Of a stretch of 25,132 bases of DNA, positions 15,930 through 23,423 are shown piece after piece (the stretch's first letter is position 1; every line of letters begins with the position of its first letter). The notes beneath the pieces are model-generated. The model was given only the letters and a program-made list of their open reading frames with translations. It was not told the DNA's origin and ran no database searches. Source of the DNA: a virus (taxonomy: Duplodnaviria; Caudoviricetes); IMG/VR virus record IMGVR_UViG_3300017911_002330, positions 1 to 25,132 of that record. One strand, written 5' to 3'. Both the position numbers and the translations under genes were made by a program.

Positions 15930-18158
15930 TTAAAACGTTATCTCACATGCACCGCCCTGACAAGCGGCGGCACCCATCGTATCTATATCAGTGAAACGTT
16001 TTTCGTTGAGCTGAGTTACAAAATCTACACCAGCAAAGTTCTGTTGGATTTTTGACCACTTATGCAATAGGAATACATCTTTCAAACAATATTCTGTTTG
16101 CTTTGTATCACCCATAAAATAGTTATCAGCAAACTTAACAAAGCGACGAATCCATTCTGCACGAATGTCAGAAACTTCACCGCGATATTCTACTGGCATT
16201 TGTGCAATCTGGCATGCTTCCCATAGATCTCTGAAACCTTGCTTGCGTGTATCAACAATAAGTCCTGAGGCAAATAACGCAGCTGCACCGTACTCTTCTA
16301 CAATCTGATCTTGAGTTTTAACTTCTGTCATAGGTGCTTGAGCAAAGTCTTTATCACCAGAACCTGCCAAGAAGCTAATACCAGCAAAGCTATGACGATT
16401 CTCATAAACATAATCTTCTACTTGTGACCACATATGTGGCATAACAGTCACAGTATTTGATACGTTATGACGAATACGAGGATCTGCGCATAATTCAGGA
16501 TTTGTGCCGGCTTCAACCCAATTGTTTTGAACTAGTTTAACACGTTCTAGCAATTCTGTGCCATATAAATCTTCACGATAGAATGAACCTTCAGGGCTTT
16601 TAATAGGAAATGCAATACAATAATCAGTATTATTTGATGACCATACAGATTCTTCTACCATATAAGGATTTGTTTTTGCTATAAGTTGTGCAACTTCAGA
16701 TTCTTTATTCAGCTGAATATGACGTAAATACTGAGGGCTATGCTCAGCATGGATACCACTAGCAGTTTGTAACAGCACTGATGCATTGCCTGAAGGTTTA
16801 ACACATGTTGTACGCGCCGCCGGATTAATGCCAATAAGTTCTGCAACTTCTTTATTAACGTCTTTAACAATCTCTGCACCTTGTTTTTGAATTTCTGGAT
16901 CTAGCAATACATCAGGATTATTCATCCAACCAGTAACAGAAACACCTAAGAGCGCCTCGCGAGCAAAGATTTCTTTAGATCTTCGGCCGAGGTATTTGAA
17001 GTCCGTGTAGCCGGCTTGGAGCGTTCCAAGGATTGCTCCTGCTCTGCAGGCTTTGAAGAACTCTTCTTTTGTTGTGCACTTGCCGCCGTTGATTTCTGTA
17101 AGGTTACAGCCTTGCCATCCAGATTCTCCATCGATTTGAGGATACATTCCAATCTCAACACAAGGGTTCGTAGTGAAATCTCTGTCGTCGACAAAATAGA
17201 AACCTGGTTCTCCAAATTCCTTGATTGAGCCCATGATTCTCTTAAAGTCTTCTTTAGTGATCTCATCTCTAACGATAACAGCACTATTATTGCTACGGCC
17301 ACGCTGAGCATTATCGATAAACCAATTACCAGTTTTAGCATTAATCATCTCCTCGTCATCTGCGCTAAACAAACAGATGGTTGCTGATCGACGAACACCA
17401 CCAGCTAGCACGGCATCTGCGGCGTGCATAGCAATATCATATACTTCAATAGGTTTTAGTCTATTACGTCCAGATAGTACTACACCCTGTAGCATATGCT
17501 CGATTTTATCAAGAGCACGACGTAATGGTTCTGGGCCAGGTGCTTTAAATCCACCAGAAATCTTTGCGCCTTTTGGACGAACATTTTGCAAATCAAAATA
17601 AACTTTACGACCTTCGAATTCTGGATGTGTACCACCACCTACGAAGAATGAAGACATCAATACTGAAAGAGCATCTGCCCAACCTTCGATTGAATCTTCG
17701 ATTACATAACCTTTTGCTTGCTTCTTGCGCTCAGTTACATCTGGCATTTTATCGACATGATGTTTCTGAACTGAGAAGCCTGCGCCTGCTCCACATAATA
17801 GAATATAGAATAATTCGCCAAAGAATGCAGCGCGATCTGCATATGTTGACGTACAATTGTACATTCTCATCTGATGCTTGCGAAGCTGTTCTCCGCCAAA
17901 CTGGAGCGCTCTCTGGGCGCCCAAAGCATATTGAAGCTTATAGAGCGACTCTGCCTCGTCTATTAACAAAGATAGTTCTGGTGTCATGCTATCTTTATAA
18001 TAATCACGATGCATATTCATTACACGAGTTACTGCTTCATCCCATGTTTCGTATCGTTCATGCTCATCATTCCATCTACTATAACCTTCATAAAATTTAG
18101 TTTGTGACATTAACTGTCTTGTATTGACTTCGTGATTCGATTGAACGACTTTAAGCAT
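15930..18158 (-). CDS. nrdJ: Class II (adenosylcobalamin-dependent) ribonucleotide reductase, monomeric RTPR type
   Basis: YNC, GGVRRSA, GEPG, TNPCVEI thiyl-radical motif, GCNLTEIN, TCVKPSG, C-terminal CQGGAC; no adjacent nrdB. Confidence 0.93.
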   Translation of the reverse strand: MLKVVQSNHEVNTRQLMSQTKFYEGYSRWNDEHERYETWDEAVTRVMNMHRDYYKDSMTPELSLLIDEAESLYKLQYALGAQRALQFGGEQLRKHQMRMYNCTSTYADRAAFFGELFYILLCGAGAGFSVQKHHVDKMPDVTERKKQAKGYVIEDSIEGWADALSVLMSSFFVGGGTHPEFEGRKVYFDLQNVRPKGAKISGGFKAPGPEPLRRALDKIEHMLQGVVLSGRNRLKPIEVYDIAMHAADAVLAGGVRRSATICLFSADDEEMINAKTGNWFIDNAQRGRSNNSAVIVRDEITKEDFKRIMGSIKEFGEPGFYFVDDRDFTTNPCVEIGMYPQIDGESGWQGCNLTEINGGKCTTKEEFFKACRAGAILGTLQAGYTDFKYLGRRSKEIFAREALLGVSVTGWMNNPDVLLDPEIQKQGAEIVKDVNKEVAELIGINPAARTTCVKPSGNASVLLQTASGIHAEHSPQYLRHIQLNKESEVAQLIAKTNPYMVEESVWSSNNTDYCIAFPIKSPEGSFYREDLYGTELLERVKLVQNNWVEAGTNPELCADPRIRHNVSNTVTVMPHMWSQVEDYVYENRHSFAGISFLAGSGDKDFAQAPMTEVKTQDQIVEEYGAAALFASGLIVDTRKQGFRDLWEACQIAQMPVEYRGEVSDIRAEWIRRFVKFADNYFMGDTKQTEYCLKDVFLLHKWSKIQQNFAGVDFVTQLNEKRFTDIDTMGAAACQGGACEITF

Positions 18159-18218
18159 GGAGCTACCTCTGTAAAATTGAGTAAAAAATATTACGCGCAG
18201 AAAATGTCTACGCGCAAC

Positions 18219-18265
18219 TTAGTTCATATTGATTAGGTGGTATTATATATTACTAGATGTTGTAT
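18219..18265. promoter_or_regulatory. Putative tandem NrdR boxes
   Basis: Core CAACATCTAG (18253-18262) in the promoter spacer fits the NrdR pseudo-palindrome; a weaker core at 18222-18231; centres 31 bp apart; directly upstream of an RNR gene. Confidence 0.65.
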
Positions 18266-18270
18266 GTAAA
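18242..18270 (-). promoter_or_regulatory. nrdJ promoter GTTTACA-N17-TATAAT
   Basis: -35 at 18265-18270, -10 at 18242-18247, AT-rich UP region. Confidence 0.85.
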
Positions 18271-18318
18271 CTGCATATATTTCAGAAAAGAAAATTATTT
18301 TTATTTTCGTTTTATGGG

Positions 18319-18346
18319 TTTACAAATCTGTAAATGTTGATATAAT
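18319..18346 (+). promoter_or_regulatory. Divergent plus-strand promoter GTTTACA-N16-TATAAT (extended -10 TG), antisense to spanins
   Basis: -35 at 18319-18324, TGA-TATAAT at 18338-18346; same -35 as the other promoters in the window. Confidence 0.6.
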
Positions 18347-18350
18347 AAAT

Positions 18351-18764
18351 CTACTGATTTTCTGGAGTGGATGGTATACCTGATTCTTCTGCAGGTGCAA
18401 GGGCTTCTTCGTAGTATCCAATGATAGCTTGTTGGTCTTTAACGTATCTACGCAATTCTGCAATGCCAAGAGCAAGGTTCTCATATCCTTTTGGAGTGAT
18501 TGCAAATATAACTACATTACCAGTTTTAGTATCGATCTCAGCAAGTTTCTCTTCTAAGTTCTCTTCAGTAATAACAAACCAATCAACTGGAGGAAACTGA
18601 ACGGCTTTAGGTCGTTCTTGAATTGGAATGTTTTGTTCTTGATACTCAGTCGTTACTACTACTTCCTTCTCCGGTGTCATTCCGCATGCTGTCAGTAGAA
18701 ACGGGATCGTCAGAAGGAGGAGTAGTTTCGCTTTCGATACGTCCAATAAGCTTGTTAACTGCAT
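18351..18764 (-). CDS. Outer-membrane lipoprotein, o-spanin (Rz1-like)
   Basis: KAKLLLLLTIPFLLTAC lipobox, Pro-rich segment, C-terminal helix; overlaps the 3' end of the i-spanin. Exact start uncertain. Confidence 0.8.
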   Translation of the reverse strand: MQLTSLLDVSKAKLLLLLTIPFLLTACGMTPEKEVVVTTEYQEQNIPIQERPKAVQFPPVDWFVITEENLEEKLAEIDTKTGNVVIFAITPKGYENLALGIAELRRYVKDQQAIIGYYEEALAPAEESGIPSTPENQ

Positions 18765-19092
18765 TATTGACTCTGTCTTCAAGTCCTTGTGCATTTGTTA
18801 ATGCCTCCATAGTCAAATCAATTTTAGCAAATACACCTCTTAATTTGTCTAGGTGTTCTTGCGATTGTTGTAATCTTTTAGTTAAGTTGCGATTTAGTTC
18901 TTCATTCTTTTTGGCGTCAGCTGCCATTTTTTCAACAGTGTTTTGTAATGTTTCTGCAGCAGATTTTAGTTTAACATTATTCTCACGGAGCGTACCTATT
19001 GTATCCTGCGACCACATATAATAAGCATATCCGGCGTAACCTACACCAGACATCAATGTCACAAGAAATAAAAATAGATATATCTTAGCCAT
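18646..19092 (-). CDS. Inner-membrane spanin (Rz-like)
   Basis: N-terminal TM helix followed by a long coiled coil; overlaps a lipoprotein gene. Confidence 0.8.
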   Translation of the reverse strand: MAKIYLFLFLVTLMSGVGYAGYAYYMWSQDTIGTLRENNVKLKSAAETLQNTVEKMAADAKKNEELNRNLTKRLQQSQEHLDKLRGVFAKIDLTMEALTNAQGLEDRVNNAVNKLIGRIESETTPPSDDPVSTDSMRNDTGEGSSSND

Positions 19093-19255
19093 TATCTTCC
19101 ATATATTTTCTAAATCGTTTTAGCATTACAGTCCTACCATTCTTTTTATGTCTACGATCAACCACTACTTTTGGTCTCATAGTAGGTGGCATAGCGACTG
19201 ATGCATTCCCAATTGAAGTAGCAGGTGCTTCTTCTTTAGTCTCGGTTTTTTTCAT
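19085..19255 (-). CDS. Small hypothetical protein (56 aa) MKKTETKEEAPATSIG...
   Basis: Not in track; ATGA overlap with the upstream stop; fills the gap. Confidence 0.7.
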   Translation of the reverse strand: MKKTETKEEAPATSIGNASVAMPPTMRPKVVVDRRHKKNGRTVMLKRFRKYMEDNG

Positions 19256-19833
19256 ATTAGCAACTCGTCTATGGTTATGTATATTGTTTGATTTGTAGGT
19301 TTATGAACAGCTTCATAGATATTAAGTCCAAAAATAGATCCAACTGGATATGCATCCTCACGTACTAATATTCTATCCTTTGGTTTAACATATTCATCTA
19401 ATGTATTATTCAAAACCTTTTCATGACGAACTCTGTATATTCCTGGAGACAATCTGCCATCTTCAAGGACAAACCACTGAGAGTTTTCACCTAGAAAATC
19501 TGACATATCAAAGCCTAATTCTTTCAGGCCTTTTTCAATCTGTGATTCTGATACACCATATTTCTCTTTAATGAGATATAACGCTGCACCATATGAGGCT
19601 AATGTAGAACTACCACCTGGTATTTTAGACATTAGTTTCTTAATATTAAATACTAATCTATGGAAAGGAGTATAGGCACTTTTATCTTCAGAGCTTTCTG
19701 ACTTACGTAATCTTTTTCCATCTTTGTCGATTATGCCTAGCTTAAAAGCTTCTGTATTCTCAAACTTTGTTACAAGTAGTTTGAGGAATCTAAATGTATA
19801 GACTAAATCGCCTGCTCTTTTTAATAAACTCAT
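19252..19833 (-). CDS. Conserved T4-like phage hypothetical protein
   Basis: YTFRFLKLL...AFKLGIID.DGK...YTPFHRLVFNIKK motif recalled from T4-like phages. Confidence 0.8.
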   Translation of the reverse strand: MSLLKRAGDLVYTFRFLKLLVTKFENTEAFKLGIIDKDGKRLRKSESSEDKSAYTPFHRLVFNIKKLMSKIPGGSSTLASYGAALYLIKEKYGVSESQIEKGLKELGFDMSDFLGENSQWFVLEDGRLSPGIYRVRHEKVLNNTLDEYVKPKDRILVREDAYPVGSIFGLNIYEAVHKPTNQTIYITIDELLI

Positions 19834-20192
19834 ATTTTCCTCAAAGCTTCTATAACAAACTTATCCATTGTGATATTTGTATATTCATCATTGCGAATAT
19901 AATTCAAATAAATCAGAAATGGTTTTATAATGGGCCAGTGCTTATTATCTAGTTTTAATTCTAGAATTTTAAGCGCTGGCTCAATACCGAATACGTTAAA
20001 GACTATTACTAAGTGATTTAACAATAGTCTTTCTGACAAATTATTATTTTCTATATAACGATTACATAATCTTTTAATATATTTAAATCTTTTCAGATCT
20101 TCTTCAAACTCTTCAACATCAATATATTTTGGATTATAATAATGTTTAGCGGCATACAGAAATAGACTCTCTTCTGTGAGCTCAATATCCAT
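19830..20192 (-). CDS. Conserved T4-like phage hypothetical protein
   Basis: LYAAKHYYNP...EFEEDLKRFKYIKRL...ERLLLNH...NVFG motif. Confidence 0.8.
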   Translation of the reverse strand: MDIELTEESLFLYAAKHYYNPKYIDVEEFEEDLKRFKYIKRLCNRYIENNNLSERLLLNHLVIVFNVFGIEPALKILELKLDNKHWPIIKPFLIYLNYIRNDEYTNITMDKFVIEALRKI

Positions 20193-20197
20193 TCATA

Positions 20198-20536
20198 TTA
20201 TCTCTTTAAAAAGCCCTTTAGCTCGTCAATCAGTTTAGCTTTAGTTTTACGACGATCAAGCTCGATACCATGTTCACGGCCTAGTTCTTCTAGCTCAACT
20301 TTAGTCATAGCTTCACTGACTACTGGATCCTCTTCTTCTGCTTCTGGCTCATCTTCGAAATAACCCATTTGTGCAGGAGGCTCAACTATCTCAATTGGAT
20401 TTGCAATCAAGTCAATGCCGAACCACTCATCAATTTGTCCTTGAGTAATTCTTTGACTTTTTAATAGCTCACCAGTTTTTGGATGTGTCCATCCTCTAGT
20501 AGTAGGAATAGCACCTTTAGGACCTTTGATTGGCAT
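20198..20536 (-). CDS. Hypothetical protein with C-terminal HeH/Rho-N-like domain
   Basis: MTKVELEELGREHGIELDRRKTKAKLIDEL helix-extension-helix pattern. Confidence 0.7.
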   Translation of the reverse strand: MPIKGPKGAIPTTRGWTHPKTGELLKSQRITQGQIDEWFGIDLIANPIEIVEPPAQMGYFEDEPEAEEEDPVVSEAMTKVELEELGREHGIELDRRKTKAKLIDELKGFLKR

Positions 20537-20539
20537 AGA

Positions 20540-21364
20540 TTACCCTTTCGTTGTATCGACCGGAGTTTGGATTTTATCACCAGCTGGATTATCACCATTA
20601 CGAGCTGGAGCTTTCTTCGTTACACGACCTGCTTTAGATGCATCATCGTGGCCTTTATCTTCCAATTCTGCTGGCTGCATATCAACTTTATGCATTGCCT
20701 TAAAATCTTTTTCGCCCTTTGAAGCTTTTGAATCCATAGCTTCTGGTTCAGTGGCACTCTTTGTATGAGCAGCACGGTTTTCTTTAATACGTGCATATAC
20801 TGGCCATACAGTAGTCTCTTCTTTTGCTAGCTTATCGATTGCCTTTTGCGCGCCTTTCAGACGTGAACGTGACTTAACAAACTGCTTGCCAAATCCTTTA
20901 GTATCTCCAGACTTAGCTTTATCCATCGCATCAGATGCTCTTGAAGCTGCATCAGCCGAAGCCTTTTTAGCATAAGAACCCAGTGTAGCTTTTGATACTT
21001 CATCAACTTTAGCTTCTGCTGCCATTTCACCGTTTTCAGATCCAGCTTTTTTCTTATCCTTCATTTTAGGATTGATCAACACTTCTTCTTCATCCATATT
21101 CTTTTTCTTTTTACGCATATGAGCAAAGTCTTTGGCATCGATGTCACCATCTTTATCCATATCAAGCTTATGCTGATTGCCTTTCAAAGCTTCATTTGTA
21201 TCTTTCTTTGGGATATCAAATGGTGCTTTTGGCAAAGTTACAGCTGCCTTACCTTTTTCTGAAGATTGTGACGCCTTAGCAAGTTTCTTTGCAAGAGCGG
21301 CTTTAGAACTTTCTAGGACCTGTTGATATGCCAAGCCCATGTTTTTAATGTCTTGTGTTTTCAT
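20540..21364 (-). CDS. Lys/Ala-rich modular putative internal head protein
   Basis: Blocks separated by VLE, TNE, DEEE, VDE, KEE, IKE; includes an EF-hand-like DMDKDGDIDAKD and a VDE-VSKATLGSYAKKAS module. Confidence 0.65.
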   Translation of the reverse strand: MKTQDIKNMGLAYQQVLESSKAALAKKLAKASQSSEKGKAAVTLPKAPFDIPKKDTNEALKGNQHKLDMDKDGDIDAKDFAHMRKKKKNMDEEEVLINPKMKDKKKAGSENGEMAAEAKVDEVSKATLGSYAKKASADAASRASDAMDKAKSGDTKGFGKQFVKSRSRLKGAQKAIDKLAKEETTVWPVYARIKENRAAHTKSATEPEAMDSKASKGEKDFKAMHKVDMQPAELEDKGHDDASKAGRVTKKAPARNGDNPAGDKIQTPVDTTKG

Positions 21365-21375
21365 TTTTATTTTCC

Positions 21376-21654
21376 CTAAATCCATAATTGGGCTGCGATA
21401 GATCCTGCAACGCTAACAATAGCAATCCAGAATAATTTGTTAATAGTACCGATAACTCTATGGTTTTCGTCTACTTTCTTCTCTATGTCATCTAACTTAG
21501 CAGAAAATCTATTCATACGCTCGTAAGAACGATCATGATCTTCCTTTAAACCAGCTAATTTCTCTTCAGCACGGGCCATAGCAACCATTGCATCAGCTAA
21601 TTGATCAAGTTTATTTTCAATGCGATCTAGTCGATTATTAGTAGTTTCGGCCAT
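21376..21654 (-). CDS. Coiled-coil protein with C-terminal transmembrane helix
   Basis: Heptad-rich N-terminus, C-terminal LFWIAIVSVAGSIAAQLWI; follows a late promoter. Confidence 0.75.
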   Translation of the reverse strand: MAETTNNRLDRIENKLDQLADAMVAMARAEEKLAGLKEDHDRSYERMNRFSAKLDDIEKKVDENHRVIGTINKLFWIAIVSVAGSIAAQLWI

Positions 21655-21679
21655 TTCAGATTCCCATAGAATTTAGTCT

Positions 21680-21687
21680 TATTTATA
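21680..21687 (-). promoter_or_regulatory. T4-type late promoter TATAAATA
   Basis: Exact gp55 consensus, intergenic, 25 nt upstream of the ATG at 21654. Confidence 0.8.
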
Positions 21688-21690
21688 ATC

Positions 21691-22437
21691 TTATTTCTTT
21701 ACTAGTATCATATCGAAGTTTGCTGTACATCTTGTATTGTTTGATTCAACTTCATCAATACGAAAATCTATATCTGTCTTTTCTTCGAACTTTAAAGGAA
21801 TAGGAAAGTCATAGCGATATACATTCTCATAGAGTTCAGCCATATGTGCGATTCTAAACACACCGTTTAATGGCCTTTGATGAAGTCTTATATTTCCATC
21901 TTCATTTTTGTTTAGAGATGCATCTAAGCAAAGCATAAAACCAGTATAGCCTTTTGGTATTGTGTAAATGCACATGAGAGTCTGACCATAATCTGCATCA
22001 ATCTGTGCAACTACTGTGCCACCACGAGATATAGTAATATCACCAACGTTAGTGTTCCCTGCAGTTACAAAGGCACGAAAAACTCTTTTAAATGTAACAC
22101 TGCCAGTCACATTTGATGTACCATCCATAGTAAAAGTTTCTTGTGTTGCATTATAGTTTTCGTCTAAACCTAAAACTTTTATTTCAGTAGCACCCGATTG
22201 TCCCACATCGTCATCAGTATCGTCTGATGTTACAACTAAAACACCTGCCGTATTAAAAGCATCCCATGGATACAAACCACCTGCTGTCCACACTGATTCA
22301 GGATCACTGTTCGTATCGATATCAAAGTTAGCACCGAACTTATGAATATGCGATGCATTCTTTATACGACCAGAAGCTAAGTCAGTACCTTCTGCTAAAA
22401 ATGTATTAGAAAAATATCTACTGACGTTGCTTCCCAT
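21691..22437 (-). CDS. Beta-rich putative virion structural protein
   Basis: HKFG.N.DIDT...ESVW..GGLYPW; Thr/Gly/Asp-rich; late-gene context. Confidence 0.6.
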   Translation of the reverse strand: MGSNVSRYFSNTFLAEGTDLASGRIKNASHIHKFGANFDIDTNSDPESVWTAGGLYPWDAFNTAGVLVVTSDDTDDDVGQSGATEIKVLGLDENYNATQETFTMDGTSNVTGSVTFKRVFRAFVTAGNTNVGDITISRGGTVVAQIDADYGQTLMCIYTIPKGYTGFMLCLDASLNKNEDGNIRLHQRPLNGVFRIAHMAELYENVYRYDFPIPLKFEEKTDIDFRIDEVESNNTRCTANFDMILVKK

Positions 22438-22440
22438 AAA

Positions 22441-22908
22441 TCACCACTTTACTTTGTCGGCCCAATAAGCAGCTGACGTCTTACCTTTAGCGATATTACG
22501 ACCATGACGTGCTTTAAATGATGCACGCTTTTTCTTCATACGATCTGATTCACCCTTTTTAGGATCACCTGCAGTCTCTGCACCTTGTTGGCCAAAGCGA
22601 ATAGTTTTTACTTTATCTCCATCTTTAACCACAACAATATGTGATTTAGTTGGATGGCCAGGAGTACGTTTAGGCTTACTAAATCCAGATACACCTGCTC
22701 TTTTTAGAGCTGGGTGTTTTTCTTCATTTGCTTGCTGCATTCTCTTTTTATACGCTTGAGCTCTTGCTTGGGATTTAGCCCATTGACGTCTAGCAATATT
22801 TGTAGAACTATATGGATGATCTTTACCAAGCATAGCATCAGCGGCTGCTGTCTTTTGACTATCTGTTCTAGGTTTTGCTGCTTCTATAAACGTTTTAAAC
22901 TTAATCAT
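22441..22908 (-). CDS. Basic putative internal head protein with capsid-targeting-like N-terminus
   Basis: MIKFKTFIE start; C-terminal TIRFGQQG...SFKARH...SAAYWADKVKW domain. Confidence 0.7.
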   Translation of the reverse strand: MIKFKTFIEAAKPRTDSQKTAAADAMLGKDHPYSSTNIARRQWAKSQARAQAYKKRMQQANEEKHPALKRAGVSGFSKPKRTPGHPTKSHIVVVKDGDKVKTIRFGQQGAETAGDPKKGESDRMKKKRASFKARHGRNIAKGKTSAAYWADKVKW

Positions 22909-23231
22909 GACTTATCCTTTGCCATCGAACCAGATTTTACTGTGCCTGACTTTTTAATTTTATTGATAAGCTTCAGATTACGCATATTCGTAGCCGATTC
23001 ATTCTGAGCATCGTCATCATTCATCATATAACGATGAGCAGAATTTAGATAGTCAGCAGCTTTAGTAATTTTATTTTGAACCCATTCTGGCAAGTTCTGA
23101 TCATCTTCGAACATCTTGATCATATGCTCAGCATCAGCTAAAATACCTTTTAACTGAGTTTTAGCCATAGCACCTTCGTTATCATATTCCCCTGGATCTT
23201 TTGCTTCTCTGAGCTCTTTAAACGATTTCAT
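22905..23231 (-). CDS. Putative internal head protein with capsid-targeting-like N-terminus
   Basis: MKSFKELRE start; EYD.EG.MAK.QL...LPEWVQ.KITKA.DYL domain. Confidence 0.7.
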   Translation of the reverse strand: MKSFKELREAKDPGEYDNEGAMAKTQLKGILADAEHMIKMFEDDQNLPEWVQNKITKAADYLNSAHRYMMNDDDAQNESATNMRNLKLINKIKKSGTVKSGSMAKDKS

Positions 23232-23422
23232 TTGAATATCTTTCCTAATAGACGACCAGCAACCTTACCTGCAGTTCTACGTACTATACGTTTACCGACT
23301 TTACCTTTAGCAACTGCATTAACGTCACCAAGAGTCTTTGCAGTCTTATATAGCTTTGACCTAACCTTTGGAATGGTTAGGCCTTTTTTCTTAGCTTCGT
23401 TAAATTGCTTAAAAGTTAACAT
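23228..23422 (-). CDS. Small highly cationic protein (64 aa) with capsid-targeting-like N-terminus
   Basis: Start reassigned to MLTFKQFNE at 23422, right after the upstream stop; the remainder has 13 K + 5 R against 1 D. Confidence 0.75.
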   Translation of the reverse strand: MLTFKQFNEAKKKGLTIPKVRSKLYKTAKTLGDVNAVAKGKVGKRIVRRTAGKVAGRLLGKIFK

Positions 23423-23423
23423 A

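Noticed and set aside
15930-18158. Intein or intron in nrdJ; cobalamin riboswitch in its leader
   Set aside because: Length and motifs are continuous with no intein termini; the leader of about 75 nt is too short and lacks a B12 box.
17564-19021. Plus-strand ORFs such as 17564..18100 and 18623..19021, and the other short plus-strand ORFs in the track
   Set aside because: Antisense shadows of well-supported minus-strand genes, with no recognisable motifs.
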